In this document: positions 11,076-23,358 of the stretch, one piece after another
Position numbering within the stretch: the stretch's first letter is position 1
Layout of the letters: each line of letters opens with the position of its first letter
NCBI RefSeq assembly: GCF_024700885.2
Contig: NZ_CP117016.1
From: Escherichia coli
GTDB lineage: Bacteria; Pseudomonadota; Gammaproteobacteria; Enterobacterales; Enterobacteriaceae
Length of the DNA stretch: 64,000 nt
Strand: one strand, 5' to 3'
Made by a program: the position numbers and the translations under genes
The notes under the pieces: model-generated
What the model was told of the DNA's origin: nothing
The model's database searches: none
Seen by the model: the letters and a program-made list of their open reading frames with translations, nothing else

Positions 11076-12122
11076 ACTCTCCTGCGGCGACAAATGTTGC
11101 ATCGCCTGCGCGATACTACGTTCAATCACCGCACGGCGAGTATCGTTGGCAGGTAAGAGTTTCAACATCATCTCCCACGCGGCAACGGCTTCGCCAAATC
11201 GCTGCTGCTCAAAGGCATTAAACGCATACATGCTTAACACACGGATATTACTATGATCCGTTCTCACCAGCTGACGTAGCAGTTCACCGCCGAGGCGGTT
11301 GTCGTTGGGATCAGATGAACGTGTCAACGCTTCAGCGTATCCCAGTGCAGCATCGCTGTTTTTCGGATCGAGGCGATACGCAGTAGCGTATGCATCGGTG
11401 GCGATACTGGCGTTACCCAGCGCCATGCCAACGCGGCCCAACATAATCCAGCCTTCTATATCTCCCGGATTTTTTTGCAGTTGAGTACGCATCCCCAGCG
11501 CAAGGCGCGACATCTCTTCTTCGTTGAGCGGATCGGCTTTCGGATCCAGCGCCCTGTCCAGTAACGCCGGAGCCTGTGCCGTGGCCTGCTGCCAGATTTT
11601 CACCTGCTGATAATTGCCCGTCTGGTAGTAGCTGACGCCAGCCACAATTAACGCCACCACAATACCCGGCAGATAAACAATATATCCGGCACGCTTACCT
11701 TCCGGCACGCTTTGTTCAGGAAACGCGTCCGGCACCACGCGTACCCGACGCCGCGAACGGGCGTAAATGACCCAACCTCCAATGCCAATAGCCACTACCG
11801 GAAGCACCCACAGCAGCACGGTCAGCGGCGTTAACGGCGGATCGTAAGTGACGAAGTTGCCGTAACGCGCCACCATATAATCGACAATCTCTTTCTTACT
11901 TTTACCTTCCTGCATCAGTTCATACACTTTCTGGCGCAGGTCGGTGGCAATCATCGAGTTGGAATCGGCAATGCTGTTGTTCTGGCATTTCGGGCAGCGT
12001 AGTTCTTCAGTGAGTTGCCGGAACTGCTGCTCCTGCGCTTCATCCTTAAACTGCAACACGTCGATGGTCGCCAGCGCTGAGCCGGAGATCATCAGCATCA
12101 GCACGCCCAATAAAAACCTCAT
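11070..12122 (-). CDS. ccmH: Cytochrome c maturation protein CcmH (350 aa)
   Basis: N-terminal LRCPKCQ thiol motif, C-terminal TPR-like domain; last gene of ccm operon. Confidence 0.92.
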   Translation of the reverse strand: MRFLLGVLMLMISGSALATIDVLQFKDEAQEQQFRQLTEELRCPKCQNNSIADSNSMIATDLRQKVYELMQEGKSKKEIVDYMVARYGNFVTYDPPLTPLTVLLWVLPVVAIGIGGWVIYARSRRRVRVVPDAFPEQSVPEGKRAGYIVYLPGIVVALIVAGVSYYQTGNYQQVKIWQQATAQAPALLDRALDPKADPLNEEEMSRLALGMRTQLQKNPGDIEGWIMLGRVGMALGNASIATDAYATAYRLDPKNSDAALGYAEALTRSSDPNDNRLGGELLRQLVRTDHSNIRVLSMYAFNAFEQQRFGEAVAAWEMMLKLLPANDTRRAVIERSIAQAMQHLSPQESK

Positions 12123-12676
12123 TGTGCGGCCTCCTTACTGTATTTCTCCCACAGCGGCTTGATCTCTTCTTCCCAGACGCGAGGATTGAGATCGCCCGCA
12201 TGGCGATAGCGAATGATGCCGTTGCCGTCGATGAGGAACGTTTCTGGCGCGCCATAGACACCGAGATCCAGTCCTAACATGCCGTCGCCATCAAACAGGC
12301 TTAGTACGTAAGGATTGCCCAGCTCTTTCAGCCAGCTGATTGCCTTCTGGCGATCGTCTTTATAGTTCATGCCGACCACGCGGATGCCCTGCGCAGAAAG
12401 CTGATTCAGATATTGATGTTCCGCACGGCAGGTCGGACACCAGGTCGCCCAGACGTTAAGCAGCACTGGTTTGCCCTGAGTCAGCACATCCGCCTGATAA
12501 AACTGCCCCGGATTGTCCAGTGATTCGAGGCGAAACTTCGGCACTGGCTTGCCAATGAGCGCCGATTCCAGATTGGTCGGATCATCCCCTTCGGCATTAC
12601 GCGCCAGCTGCCACAGCAGCGCCGCGGCAATCGCCAGGAAGATAATCAACGGAATTAACAATACTTTGCGCTTCAT
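12119..12676 (-). CDS. ccmG: Thiol:disulfide interchange protein CcmG/DsbE (185 aa)
   Basis: Thioredoxin motif WCPTC; 4-nt overlap with ccmH start. Confidence 0.93.
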   Translation of the reverse strand: MKRKVLLIPLIIFLAIAAALLWQLARNAEGDDPTNLESALIGKPVPKFRLESLDNPGQFYQADVLTQGKPVLLNVWATWCPTCRAEHQYLNQLSAQGIRVVGMNYKDDRQKAISWLKELGNPYVLSLFDGDGMLGLDLGVYGAPETFLIDGNGIIRYRHAGDLNPRVWEEEIKPLWEKYSKEAAQ

Positions 12677-14616
12677 ACAGCCTCCGGCGCAGTTTTCTGC
12701 GGGTTCACGCGCTTACGATAGCGAGGATCAAACAGACACAGCAGTCCGCCCAACGCCATCATCAGCCCGCCCGCCCAAATCCAGCGAACAAACGGTTTGT
12801 AGTAAAGACGCACAGCCCACGCGCCGTTTTCCAGCTCTTCACCGAGCGCGGCGTACAGGTCACGCATGATGCCACCGTCAATCGCCGCTTCGGTCATCAT
12901 CGACCCAGCAGTGTTGTAATAACGTTTTTCCGCATACAGCACCGTTTCCGGCTTGCCATCTCGCGTTACGCCGATAGTCGCCACACCGCCGCGCCAGTTC
13001 GGGCCAGTCACCTCTTTGACATCACGGAAGGTGAAGCGATATTCATGAATATCGACGCTATCGCCGGACTTCATGCGCACATCACGCTCAACGCTATAGT
13101 TCTGGCTAAAGGCAATGCCAACAATTGTCACTGCCAGCCCCAGGTGAGCCGCCACCATCCCCCAATAACTGAAGGTGGTTTTCGTGCCGCGTGAAATACG
13201 CAGCGCAGCTTCCGCAATTGCCAGCACCGCAATCCAGCAGGCCATTGCCAGGCCGAGCACCGTCATCGCAACAACTTTGCTTTCGAACAGCCACGGCAAC
13301 AGCAGAGACAGCACCAGCGTAGAGATGAAGGCGATAATCAATAAATTGCGGATTTTACGTGGGCGATCGCGCCCCCAGCGCACCAGAGGACCGACACCCA
13401 GCAGTAGCGCAAACGGCACCATCAGCCAGGTAAACATGGTGTTGAAGAACGGTTCGCCAATCGAAATACTGCCCAGTCCCAGTTGCTTGTGCACCAGCGG
13501 CAGCAGCGTCCCCAGCAACACCACCAGCATCGCGGCGACCAGCAAAACGTTGTTCGCTAACAGCAGAGATTCCCGCGACCACAGCGCATTGTTTACGCGT
13601 GAGCGAACTTTGTGTCCACGCGCGGCAAACAGCAGCAGCGAACCGCCAATCACCAGCACCATAAAGGCGAGGATAAACATACCGCGCGCCGGATCAGACG
13701 CAAACGCGTGTACCGATACCAGCACGCCGGAACGCACCAGGAAAGTCCCCAGCAGACACAACGAGAAGGCACTGATTGCCAGCAGTAATGTCCACGCTTT
13801 GAAGCTGGCGCGTTGTTCAGTGACCGCCAGTGAGTGCATCAGCGCAGTCCCCACCAGCCACGGCATAAACGAGGCGTTTTCTACCGGATCCCAGAACCAC
13901 CAGCCGCCCCAGCCGAGTTCGTAATAGGCCCATGCGGAACCGAGCACAATGCCGAGCGTCAGGAAGATCCACGCCGCCAGCGTCCACGGGCGGGTAAAAC
14001 GCGTATAGGTGCTGTCCAGACGCCCACTCAACAAAGAAGCAATGGCGAAAGCAAACGCCACCGAGAAACCGACGTACCCCATATAAAGCAGAGGCGGATG
14101 GAAGATCAGCCCCGGATCCTGTAACAGCGGGTTAAGATCGCGACCTTCAATCGGGAAGTTCGGCAACGTGCGTGAGAACGGGTTAGAGGTAAAGAGAATG
14201 AACAGCAAAAAGCCGACGCTGACCATCCCCATTATCGCCAGTACGCGGGCCACAATATCCAGCGGAATACGCTGACTAAAAATCGCCACCGCAAAGGTCC
14301 AGCCGCTCATCAGCAGCACCCACAGCAGAAGCGAACCTTCATGCGCGCCCCAGGTAGCCGCCACGCGATACCACACCGGAAGCTGGGTATTGGAGTTGCT
14401 GGCAACATAGGTGACGGTAAAGTCGTTGACCACGAAAGCATTGACCAGCACCAGAAATGCGCCAGCTACAGACATAAACAGCAGCCAGGCAAACAAGCGG
14501 GAAGACGCCATCATGCGCGCATCTCCGCGCGCCACGCCCCATAGCGGATACACGGACAGCAGCAGCGCAACTCCTAGCGCCAGACACAGCAGTCCGTTAC
14601 CAATTTCCGGCATCAT
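12673..14616 (-). CDS. ccmF: Cytochrome c-type biogenesis heme lyase subunit CcmF (647 aa)
   Basis: Polytopic membrane protein with Trp-rich (WGGWWFWD) motif; overlapping stop/start with neighbours. Confidence 0.93.
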
Positions 14617-15092
14617 GATGCTGGGTCCTTATAAACACTCGCCGGGCGACGGTGATTGGCTTCCATCGCTTTCTCAACTTCTGGCGGCGTGTAGTTTTCA
14701 TCATGTTTCGCCAGCACTTCTTTCGCGAGGATATGATTGCCTTTTTCCAGTTCGCCCTGCACCACAACGCCCTGCCCTTCACGGAACAGATCCGGCAAAA
14801 TGCCTTCGTAAGAGACATCTACTGAACCTTCAGCGTCGTAAATGGTGAAAGTTACTTTTAGCGAATTGGGATCGCGCTGCACACTACCCGGCATCACCAT
14901 CCCGCCAACGCGCAGACGCTGACCGACTTCCGGCATTTGCTGAGTTTCACGCTTGCCGTAGAGAATTTCCCCCGGCGTATAAAAGAGATCGATATTCGAG
15001 CGCAGCGCATATAGCACCAGACCGATAGTCAGCGCCAGCCCTGCCAACACGGCACAGGCAATCCACAAGCGGTTTTTACGGCGAATATTCAT
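14613..15092 (-). CDS. ccmE: Heme chaperone CcmE (159 aa)
   Basis: Recognised sequence; operon position. Confidence 0.92.
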
Positions 15093-15298
15093 GCAGCCTC
15101 CTGCTGTTGCGCAGCACGTAAACGCGCCTCACGCGCCCGCTGTTGCGCCACGCCACGCAGAATTGCGCGATGCTGCATCACCGAGTGCACGACCAAAACC
15201 ACCAGCGGAATAACGGTCATCACCACCGCCAGCCAGACAAAAAAGGCGTAACCGCCCATTGCGAAAAATTCATTCCAGGAAGCAAATGCAGGGGTCAT
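15089..15298 (-). CDS. ccmD: Heme exporter protein CcmD (69 aa)
   Basis: Small single-TM protein; overlapping reading frames with ccmC and ccmE. Confidence 0.88.
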
Positions 15299-16032
15299 TT
15301 ACGGCCTCTTTTCAGTATCAGTTCACTCACCCACGGACGGCGTTTTTCCATCAGCAAAATCAAATTACGCATCCGCATCAGCGTCAGCGTGGCAGACAGC
15401 AGCAGGAAGCCAAAAATCGACCAGCGCAGCGGCGAACGCATCGCCGGATCGATACTTTGCTGCATCCGCGTTGATCCCTGATGCAGGGTGTTCCACCACT
15501 CCACGGAGTAATGAATAATCGGCAGATTCACCACGCCAATCAGCACCAGAATACCTGCCGCACGGCCCGCCAGACGCCGGTCGTCGAAGGCGTGCCACAG
15601 GGCAATTACACCAACATACAGAAACAGCAGCACCAGTTCAGAAGTCAGGCGTGCGTCCCATACCCACCAGGTGCCCCACATCGGTTTTCCCCATGCAGAG
15701 CCGGTAACCAGGGCAATAAAGGTAAACACGGCACCAATGGGGGCCATCGCCGCCACCGCCAGGTTGGCCATTTTCATCTGCCAGACAAGGCCAATAAACG
15801 CCGCCACCGCCATTGATGCATAAATGCCCATCGACCAGATCGCCGCAGGCACATGCAGGTAGATAATGCGGTAGCTATTTCCCTGTTGATAATCAGCCGG
15901 AGCAAAGCCGAATCCCCAGATCCAGCCGACGGTAAGCACGACCACACTGGCAATTGCCAGCCACGGTATAAACCAGCCACAGATTTGATACAGCCGTGGT
16001 GGGATCGCCAGTTGATGCAGTGTTTTCCACAT
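15295..16032 (-). CDS. ccmC: Heme exporter protein CcmC (245 aa)
   Basis: Start at MWKTLHQLAIPP (complement ATG 16030-16032); WGxxWxWD Trp-rich motif. Confidence 0.9.
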   Translation of the reverse strand: MWKTLHQLAIPPRLYQICGWFIPWLAIASVVVLTVGWIWGFGFAPADYQQGNSYRIIYLHVPAAIWSMGIYASMAVAAFIGLVWQMKMANLAVAAMAPIGAVFTFIALVTGSAWGKPMWGTWWVWDARLTSELVLLFLYVGVIALWHAFDDRRLAGRAAGILVLIGVVNLPIIHYSVEWWNTLHQGSTRMQQSIDPAMRSPLRWSIFGFLLLSATLTLMRMRNLILLMEKRRPWVSELILKRGRK

Positions 16033-16073
16033 AGTTTCGATACCAGACTCGAACAAAAATCAGTAATCCAGCG

Positions 16074-16736
16074 TTATTGAATGCTGATTCGTAACGCTGC
16101 CGCCGTCGCAAAAGGACTTAATGTCGCGGTGCCTGCCAGCAACGCGCCTAAAATTGCCAGATACCCATCAACGGGCAAATGCATAGAAGCCGCGTCCATC
16201 GCGGCGGTGGCAAAGATGAGTAATGGGATAGTCAGCGGTAATACGAGAATGCTGAGCAGCACACCACCGCGCTTAAGTCCCACTGTCAGCGCCACGCCCG
16301 GTGCTCCGAGAAAGCCAAGCGTAGGGGTTCCCAGCAGTAGCGTCAGCGCCATCACTTGCCAGCCATAAACATCCATTCCCAGTAGCATTGCTACCAGGGG
16401 CGAAAGGATAAGTAACGGCAGACCGGTTACCATCCAGTGCGCCATCACCTTCGCCAGCACAACGGCGGGCAAGGGTAACGGCAACAACATCAATTGTTCA
16501 AGACTGCCGTCCTGCAAATCGTCACGGAACAGACGCTCCAGTGCCAGCAAGGATGAAAGCAGTGCGGCAACCCAGATAACGCCCGGTGCAATACGCGCCA
16601 GCAGTTGCGGCTCCGGACCGATACTGAGCGGAAAAAGGGTAATGACAATCAGGAAGAACCACAGCGGGTTGGCGATTTCGGCGCTGTGGCGAAACGCTAC
16701 GCGCAGCTCAAGACGGAAAATGCGCCAGAACATCAT
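16074..16736 (-). CDS. ccmB: Heme exporter permease CcmB (220 aa)
   Basis: Polytopic membrane protein; operon position. Confidence 0.92.
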   Translation of the reverse strand: MMFWRIFRLELRVAFRHSAEIANPLWFFLIVITLFPLSIGPEPQLLARIAPGVIWVAALLSSLLALERLFRDDLQDGSLEQLMLLPLPLPAVVLAKVMAHWMVTGLPLLILSPLVAMLLGMDVYGWQVMALTLLLGTPTLGFLGAPGVALTVGLKRGGVLLSILVLPLTIPLLIFATAAMDAASMHLPVDGYLAILGALLAGTATLSPFATAAALRISIQ

Positions 16737-17356
16737 GCGGCCCTCGTTTGCGTCAGTGAAATGCGGCGAATTTTACTTTCAGCAACGTTGAGCGGCTGGT
16801 GGGTAGTCAGAATCACAATCCCCCCCTGCTCCGTATGCTGCGCCATACGCTGGGTCAGACGATCGACGCCGTTAACGTCAATCGCGGTAAAAGGCTCGTC
16901 GAGGATCCATAACGTGGCACGGGTCAGCCACAGACGCGCTAAAGCGACGCGGCGTTGTTGCCCGGCAGAAAGTTGATTTACCGGAATATCTTCGAATCCG
17001 GCAAGCCCGGCCTGCGCCAGAGCTTCCAGACATTGTGCGGTATCGCCATCGCGATGATAAAAGTGCAGATTTTCTAACGCCGTCAGCCGGGTTTTGATCC
17101 CCGGCTGATGGCCTATCCATAACAGGTTTTGATGGTAGCTGTCGCGAACCTGATGCAAGGGCTGCCCTTGCCAGAGAACGTCACCCGCATCAGGGCGAGA
17201 CAACCCCGTCAGCAAACGGAGAAGCGTTGTCTTCCCCGCGCCGTTGCTACCGGTGATTTGTACCCACTCTCCTGCGTTCAGCGTAAATGACAAGCCACTA
17301 AATAAGGTTCGTTCATCCCGCTCGCAAAGTAACTCTCTGGCTTCAAGCATACCCAC
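16733..17356 (-). CDS. ccmA: Heme exporter ATP-binding protein CcmA (207 aa)
   Basis: Walker [13 protein letters not shown] signature LSAGQQRR, Walker B ILDEP. Confidence 0.93.
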   Translation of the reverse strand: MGMLEARELLCERDERTLFSGLSFTLNAGEWVQITGSNGAGKTTLLRLLTGLSRPDAGDVLWQGQPLHQVRDSYHQNLLWIGHQPGIKTRLTALENLHFYHRDGDTAQCLEALAQAGLAGFEDIPVNQLSAGQQRRVALARLWLTRATLWILDEPFTAIDVNGVDRLTQRMAQHTEQGGIVILTTHQPLNVAESKIRRISLTQTRAA

Positions 17357-17368
17357 GCAATAACCCTG

Positions 17369-17971
17369 TTAAAAACCTGGCTCGACTTCGCGCATATCGG
17401 GCAGCTTGTGCGCTATCCCTTTATGGCAATCAATACAGGTTTGCCCATCTTTCACCGCCTGGTCATGCATCTTCGCGGCAACCGATTTCTGGGCGGTTGT
17501 ATCCATATACTCGAAGTTGTGACAGTTACGGCACTCCTGCGAGTTATTGTCCTTCATGCGCCGCCACTCATTCTGTGCCATCGTCAGGCGATGAGCTTCA
17601 AATTTCTGCGGCGTGTCAATAACGCCAAAAATTTTACCATACAGCTCTTTACTTGCTTTGAGCTTGCGTATCATCTTCGGCACAAACTCGTGCGGAACGT
17701 GACAATCCGGACAGGTCGCACGAACGCCGCTACGGTTGTTGTAGTGCACGGAATCCATGTATTCCTGATACACCGTGTTACGCATTTCGTGGCAGCTAAT
17801 GCAGAACTCTTCGGTATTGGCTTTTTCCATCCCGGTGTTAAAGCCGCCCCAGAAGACGATGCCGCCAACAAAGCCGATCAACAGCAGCGTCCCCAGCGCC
17901 AGACGGCTGGGGGTACGCCACCATTTCCACAGGCGCTTAATCAGACCAGGCTTACGGTCAGAATTTCCCAT
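17369..17971 (-). CDS. napC: Tetraheme cytochrome c NapC (200 aa)
   Basis: Four CxxCH motifs (CISCH, CPDCH, CRNCH, CIDCH); N-terminal membrane anchor. Confidence 0.93.
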   Translation of the reverse strand: MGNSDRKPGLIKRLWKWWRTPSRLALGTLLLIGFVGGIVFWGGFNTGMEKANTEEFCISCHEMRNTVYQEYMDSVHYNNRSGVRATCPDCHVPHEFVPKMIRKLKASKELYGKIFGVIDTPQKFEAHRLTMAQNEWRRMKDNNSQECRNCHNFEYMDTTAQKSVAAKMHDQAVKDGQTCIDCHKGIAHKLPDMREVEPGF

Positions 17972-17980
17972 AATAACCTC

Positions 17981-18430
17981 TTATTTCCCGTAACCTTTTG
18001 ACGGGGTAAAGGTATTCCCCACGATTGGCGCGGTATCAGCCTGCGGTACGTGACATTGCAGACAGAAATAACGACGCGGAGCCACTTCCGCGCCCACTTT
18101 GCCGTCGCTGTCCATAAAGTGAGTAGGACTGATGCGCGGTGCGCCAGTGGTGCGATAGCTTTCGACACCGTGGCACTGCAAGCAGCGGTTGGTATTGGTC
18201 GTTACCTGATAACCTTCAACGCTATGCGGGATCATTGGCGGCTGATTCACATAGTTCAGCGGCATCCGTTCCTGCTCTTTTGGCATCCGAATGGCCCCTT
18301 CCTGCGTCCCGGATACTTCCGGCGACTGGCTAAAATCGACGCCATTAGCCGCCCAAACCGCGCCGCTCACCACCAGGGCCAGCATCGCCGTCCATTGACA
18401 CAGCGCTTTCTTCAGGTCATGGCTTTTCAT
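17981..18430 (-). CDS. napB: Diheme cytochrome c NapB (149 aa)
   Basis: Start at [12 protein letters not shown] (complement ATG 18428-18430); two CxxCH motifs; ATGA overlap with napH stop. Confidence 0.9.
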   Translation of the reverse strand: MKSHDLKKALCQWTAMLALVVSGAVWAANGVDFSQSPEVSGTQEGAIRMPKEQERMPLNYVNQPPMIPHSVEGYQVTTNTNRCLQCHGVESYRTTGAPRISPTHFMDSDGKVGAEVAPRRYFCLQCHVPQADTAPIVGNTFTPSKGYGK

Positions 18431-19290
18431 GATTTCGCTCCCGAACTCCATCGTGTAGTTATTGTAAATACATCCTCAGAACAGACATCCACGCAGCGAC
18501 CGCACGTCATGCAATCGCGGCTGGTGACCTGCACCGGGCTTTGTTCATCCAGCACCGGGGCACGTAGCACATGCGGTTCCGGGCAAACATGAAAACAATC
18601 CATACAGCGGTTACATTTCTGCCGATCGCTGGCCGCAACGGTAATGACACCTTTGCTACCCAGCACGCCATACAGCGCGCCAACCGGACAAATGTGCCCG
18701 CACCAGCCGTGTTCAACGACCAGTAGATCAAATAAAAACAGCGCGAGAATAAGCAGCGCGCCGCTGCCGAATCCCATTACCAGACTGCGCCCCATCAGGG
18801 AAACGGGGTTGATCCATTCCCAGATGAGTGTGCCGGTTAAGGCCGATCCCAGCAGAATGACCACCAACAGCACGTAGCGAATGTGGCGAGGGATCGTCGC
18901 AGACTGATTGAGGTCAAAGCGCCTGCGTAACCAGTTCGCTAAGTCGGTAATCGGGTTCAGCGGGCAGACCCAGCTGCAAAATAATCGCTTTCCTGCCAGC
19001 GCGTAGAGCACGGTGATAATTACCGCACCGGTCAACGCCACCGTGGCAGGCAGATGACCGCTGGCAAGACTTTGCAGCGTCATCAGCGGATCGGTCAGCG
19101 GAACGGTGTCGAATAACAGGCTACTGCTGTAGTTGCCGTGCAAGATCCACACACCAAACCACGGACCGCTCAAAAACATCCCCAGCACGAAGAACTGACA
19201 AAGGCGACGTAACACCAGCCAACGGTGGCTGCGCCACCAGCCTTTTTTCTCCAGCGCCTCGCGCCCGGCGTCACGTTTACGATTTGCCAT
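18427..19290 (-). CDS. napH: Ferredoxin-type membrane protein NapH (287 aa)
   Basis: TM segments plus C-terminal 4Fe-4S cysteine clusters. Confidence 0.92.
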
Positions 19291-19972
19291 TGTTCCCCTC
19301 CAGCCAGCCGAAGCGGTAATGGTGACCTAACTCCCCTTTCGCCAGTGACAGCGGTAACACCTTGATTGCCGGTTGTTCCAGCACGCACACTTTTTCGCAC
19401 TTACCGCAGCCGGTACAGGCGTCGCTGTGAACCGTCGGCAGAAAGCGGGCGTGCTTACCGGTACGCGTGTTGCGCTCCAGCTCCAGGGTGATGGCCTCAT
19501 CAATTTTCGGGCATTCGCGATAACAAACATCGCAGCGCAGCCCCTGAAAGTTGAGACAGTTTTCCTGGTCCACCAGCACCGCCAGCCCCATCCGCGCGTC
19601 GTCGATCGATTCGATCTCACGATCCAGCGCACCGCTCGGGCACACTTTGGCGCACGGAATGTCCTCACACATTTCGCAAGGAATATCCCGTGCGACAAAA
19701 TATGGCGTGCCCGCCGACAGGCCAGAAGCCAGCGTCGCCAGTTTTAAGGTGTCATAAGGGCAAGCCTGAACACACTGACCGCAACGCACACAGGCACTGG
19801 CAAAGGCGTTCTCGTTTATGGCTCCGGGCGGGCGCAACCGCACGCCAGATGCGCGTGCGGTTTGCTGTTGTAACCCCAGCGCCACACCCACGGCAGCCAG
19901 CCCGCCTGCTGTGCGAACAACATCGCGCAGAAAGCGGCGGCGACCATTTTGAGGTTTCGCTGACCGGGACAT
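19277..19972 (-). CDS. napG: Ferredoxin-type protein NapG (231 aa)
   Basis: Tat-like N-terminus (RRRFLRD) and multiple CxxCxxCxxxCP motifs. Confidence 0.92.
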
Positions 19973-19978
19973 AATGGC

Positions 19979-22465
19979 TTACACCTTCTCCAGTTTGACC
20001 GCGCACTTCTTGAAGTCCGTCTCTTTCGAGAGCGGATCGGTCGCGTCCAGCGTCAGTTTGTTAACCAGCTGTGCGGCGTCGAAGAACGGCATGTACACCA
20101 GGCCCTGTGGCGGACGGTTACGACCGCGCGTTTCAACAATCGAGATCACTTCGCCACGGCGAGAAACCACTTTCACTTTGTCGCCACGGCGCAGATCGCG
20201 CGCTTTCGCATCCAACGGGTGAATAAACAGGACCGCTTCCGGGAAGGCACGGTGCAGTTCCGGCACACGGCGAGTCATACTGCCGGTGTGCCAGTGCTCC
20301 AGAACGCGTCCGGTAGAGAGCCACAGGTCGTACTCTTCATCCGGTGCTTCCGCCGCCGGTTCGAAAGGCAGCGCGAAAATCACCGCTTTGCCATCCGGTT
20401 TACCGTAGAACTTGTAGCCTTCGCCCGCTTTCACGTACGGGTCGTTACCTTCGCTGTAACGCCACTGCGTTTCTTTACCGTTCACCACCGGCCAGCGCAG
20501 ACCGCGCGCTTTGTGGTAGTCATCGAACGGTGCCAGATCGTGACCGTGACCGCGACCAAACCATGCGTACTCTTCGAACAGCCCTTTTTGCAGATAGAAG
20601 CCCAGCTCGCGGGATTCATCGTTCAGCTGATCTTCCGCCAGTTCGGATAGCGGGAATTTGCTCACTTCCGGGGTGGCATACAGAACTTCGTACAGCGTTT
20701 TGCCACGCAGTTCCGGTTTCTTCGCCAGCAGCTCTTCCGGCCATACTTCTTCAGTTTTGAAGCGGCGGGAGAACTGGACTAACTGCCAGAGATCCGATTT
20801 CGCTTCGCCCGGTGCCTGTACCTGCTGACGCCAGAACTGAGTACGGCGTTCGGCGTTACCGTAAGCCCCCTCTTTCTCTACCCACATTGCGGTCGGCAGG
20901 ATCAAGTCGGCGGCCAGCGCACTGACTGTCGGATACGGATCGGAAACGATGATAAAGTTGCGCGGATCGCGCCAGCCCGGCATACGCTCTTCATTGATGT
21001 TCGGCCCGGCCTGCATGTTGTTGGTACACATGGTCCAGTAAACATTCAGCTTGCCGTCTTTCAGCGCACGGTCTTGTGCTACCGCGTGCAGACCGATTTT
21101 CGCCGGAATGGTGCCGCTCGGGATATTCCACTTCTTCTCGCAGATATCACGATGTTTCTCGTTAGTCACCACCATGTCCGCAGGCAGACGGTGAGCAAAG
21201 GTGCCCACTTCACGCGCAGTACCACACGCGGAAGGCTGCCCGGTCAGGGAGAACGGACCGCAACCCGGCTGGGAAATTTTGCCGGTCAGCAGGTGCAGGT
21301 TGTAGACCAGGTTGTTAGCCCACACACCGCGGGTATGCTGGTTGAAGCCCATCGTCCAGTAGGAGATGACTTTCTTGTTCGGATCGGCATACAGCTGCGC
21401 CAGTTGCTCTAACTGGTCTTTCGGCACACCGGTCATTTCAGCAGTTTTTTCCAGCGTATACTCGGCAACGAAGGCTTTGTAATCTTCAAAGCTCATCGGT
21501 TCGGAGGCGTCAGAACCTGGATTCTTCGCTGCTTTTTCCAGCGGATGGGTCGGACGTAAACCGTAGCCGATGTCCGTCGCGCCTTTGCGCAGGTTAACGT
21601 GTTTGCTGAAGAAGTCCTGATTTATCGCATTGTTTTGAATGATATAGTTGGCGATGTAGTTCAGGATCACCAGGTCAGATTGCGGCGTAAAGATGATGCC
21701 GTTATCCGCCAGCTCGAAGCTACGATGCTGGTAGGTAGAAAGCACCGCCACGGTGACGTTCTGGTTGGAGAGACGACGGTTAGTGATGCGCGACCAGAGG
21801 ATCGGGTGCATCTCCGCCATGTTTGCGCCCCACAGCACAAACGCGTCAGCCTGCTCGATGTCGTCATAGCAGCCCATCGGCTCATCCATACCAAAGGTAC
21901 GCATAAAGCCAACTACCGCCGACGCCATACAGTGACGCGCGTTCGGGTCGATGTTGTTCGAACGGAATCCCGCTTTGAACAGCTTGGACGCGGCATAACC
22001 TTCCCAGATAGTCCACTGACCAGAACCGAACATACCGATCGATTCCGGCCCTTTTTCTTTCAGGGCGGTTTTGAATTTCTCTTCCATCACATCGAAGGCC
22101 TGATCCCAGGTGATTGGGGTAAATTCGCCTTCTTTGTCATATTTACCGTTTTTCATACGCAGAAGCGGCTGCGTCAAACGGTCTTTACCGTACATGATTT
22201 TGGGCAGGAAATAGCCCTTAATGCAGTTCAGGCCACGGTTAACCGGTGCGTCCGGGTCGCCCTGACAGGCCACCACACGCCCCTGCTGCGTTCCGACCAG
22301 AACGCCGCAACCAGTACCGCAGAAACGGCACGGCGCTTTATCCCATTTAATGGCTTCCTGCTGACCAACAACGGCGCGGGCAACGCCCGGCACGCTGAGA
22401 CCGGCAGCCGCCGCAGCGGCCGCAACGGCGTTAGCTTTCATAAAGCTACGACGACTGAGTTTCAT
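19979..22465 (-). CDS. napA: Periplasmic nitrate reductase catalytic subunit NapA (828 aa)
   Basis: Tat signal (SRRSFMK), N-terminal 4Fe-4S CxxCxxxC motif, molybdopterin oxidoreductase core. Confidence 0.95.
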   Translation of the reverse strand: MKLSRRSFMKANAVAAAAAAAGLSVPGVARAVVGQQEAIKWDKAPCRFCGTGCGVLVGTQQGRVVACQGDPDAPVNRGLNCIKGYFLPKIMYGKDRLTQPLLRMKNGKYDKEGEFTPITWDQAFDVMEEKFKTALKEKGPESIGMFGSGQWTIWEGYAASKLFKAGFRSNNIDPNARHCMASAVVGFMRTFGMDEPMGCYDDIEQADAFVLWGANMAEMHPILWSRITNRRLSNQNVTVAVLSTYQHRSFELADNGIIFTPQSDLVILNYIANYIIQNNAINQDFFSKHVNLRKGATDIGYGLRPTHPLEKAAKNPGSDASEPMSFEDYKAFVAEYTLEKTAEMTGVPKDQLEQLAQLYADPNKKVISYWTMGFNQHTRGVWANNLVYNLHLLTGKISQPGCGPFSLTGQPSACGTAREVGTFAHRLPADMVVTNEKHRDICEKKWNIPSGTIPAKIGLHAVAQDRALKDGKLNVYWTMCTNNMQAGPNINEERMPGWRDPRNFIIVSDPYPTVSALAADLILPTAMWVEKEGAYGNAERRTQFWRQQVQAPGEAKSDLWQLVQFSRRFKTEEVWPEELLAKKPELRGKTLYEVLYATPEVSKFPLSELAEDQLNDESRELGFYLQKGLFEEYAWFGRGHGHDLAPFDDYHKARGLRWPVVNGKETQWRYSEGNDPYVKAGEGYKFYGKPDGKAVIFALPFEPAAEAPDEEYDLWLSTGRVLEHWHTGSMTRRVPELHRAFPEAVLFIHPLDAKARDLRRGDKVKVVSRRGEVISIVETRGRNRPPQGLVYMPFFDAAQLVNKLTLDATDPLSKETDFKKCAVKLEKV

Positions 22466-22725
22466 GGTGTTTCCTCACCTTGCTCTTCCTGCTGGTGATA
22501 AACCAGCGACACCGCCAGCACGCCCTCTACGTTGCGTACTGACTCAATGGTTTGGATCAGCGTTTCGCTGTCTTCTGCTTCCACCACCACAATCAACTGA
22601 CCGCTCGGCGCGTCGCTGACAGCAACTTCACAGCCGGGAAAGGCGTTCAGTTGGGTGCTGATGTCTGAAATTCGTTCGCTTTTGGCCTGCACGACCAGGC
22701 TGCAAACTTGCCAGTTAGTGTGCAT
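22462..22725 (-). CDS. napD: NapA chaperone NapD (87 aa)
   Basis: Recognised sequence; overlapping napA start. Confidence 0.9.
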   Translation of the reverse strand: MHTNWQVCSLVVQAKSERISDISTQLNAFPGCEVAVSDAPSGQLIVVVEAEDSETLIQTIESVRNVEGVLAVSLVYHQQEEQGEETP

Positions 22726-23209
22726 GGAGATACTCCGCAGTTATGGCTGATACCGGACAGCTGGCTGCACATGCTCCACATCCGTTGCAAAGTTGGCTAT
22801 TAAGTTGCGGCTGGTAGATCCCGGAGAGCGTCGGGCGAAAGATAATTGCCATTGGCTCACAGCTATCCTGACAGCGGCGGCATTCAACTGACTGATACGC
22901 CAGGCACGCGTCCCCAATGGTGAACTGCAAATCCCAGGCCCTGGTGTGGCGCGGAGAAAATAGCGATTCGGGGCAAGCCTGCGCGCAGGCGTAACAGAAG
23001 CTGCACTCGTTATTTTTGAAGTTAACGCTCGGATAGCCGCCCGCGCCGCGTTGCAGAATGTTGTTTTCACAAGCATTAATACAGGCGTCGCAGCGGGTGC
23101 AATGGGTCAGAAAATGAGATTCATCACCGGACCAGGGCGGACGGATACCGTTACTGGCTTTGCGCCAGCGACCAGTGAGTATGCCCCGACGGGATGCATC
23201 AATCTTCAC
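22715..23209 (-). CDS. napF: Ferredoxin-type protein NapF (164 aa)
   Basis: Multiple 4Fe-4S cysteine motifs; first gene of the nap operon. Confidence 0.9.
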   Translation of the reverse strand: MKIDASRRGILTGRWRKASNGIRPPWSGDESHFLTHCTRCDACINACENNILQRGAGGYPSVNFKNNECSFCYACAQACPESLFSPRHTRAWDLQFTIGDACLAYQSVECRRCQDSCEPMAIIFRPTLSGIYQPQLNSQLCNGCGACAASCPVSAITAEYLHAH

Positions 23210-23322
23210 ATTGACCTTCCATCATTAACGCGCTCTGAAAATTGAGAGCGACCAAATAAACCGCATAATTAATAAGCCATTTTTATAGCCGCTAAGATAT
23301 TAAAGGATGTGTCAAAGATGCA

Positions 23323-23338
23323 TACCCCGATCGGGGTA
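23323..23338. promoter_or_regulatory. NarP/NarL 7-2-7 heptamer pair in the napF promoter region
   Basis: Perfect palindrome TACCCCG-AT-CGGGGTA about 115 bp upstream of the napF start codon. Confidence 0.7.
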
Positions 23339-23342
23339 AAAC

Positions 23343-23358
23343 CTGTAGCAGGATCAAA
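23343..23358. promoter_or_regulatory. Candidate FNR half-site upstream of the NarP site
   Basis: cTGtAgcagGATCAA; good right half-site ATCAA, weak left half-site. Confidence 0.35.

Noticed and set aside
21599-22498. 299-aa plus-strand ORF inside napA, and similar antisense ORFs inside yejO, ccmF, yfaL and rcsC
   Set aside because: All are embedded antisense in well-supported genes and lack ribosome-binding sites or recognisable domains.
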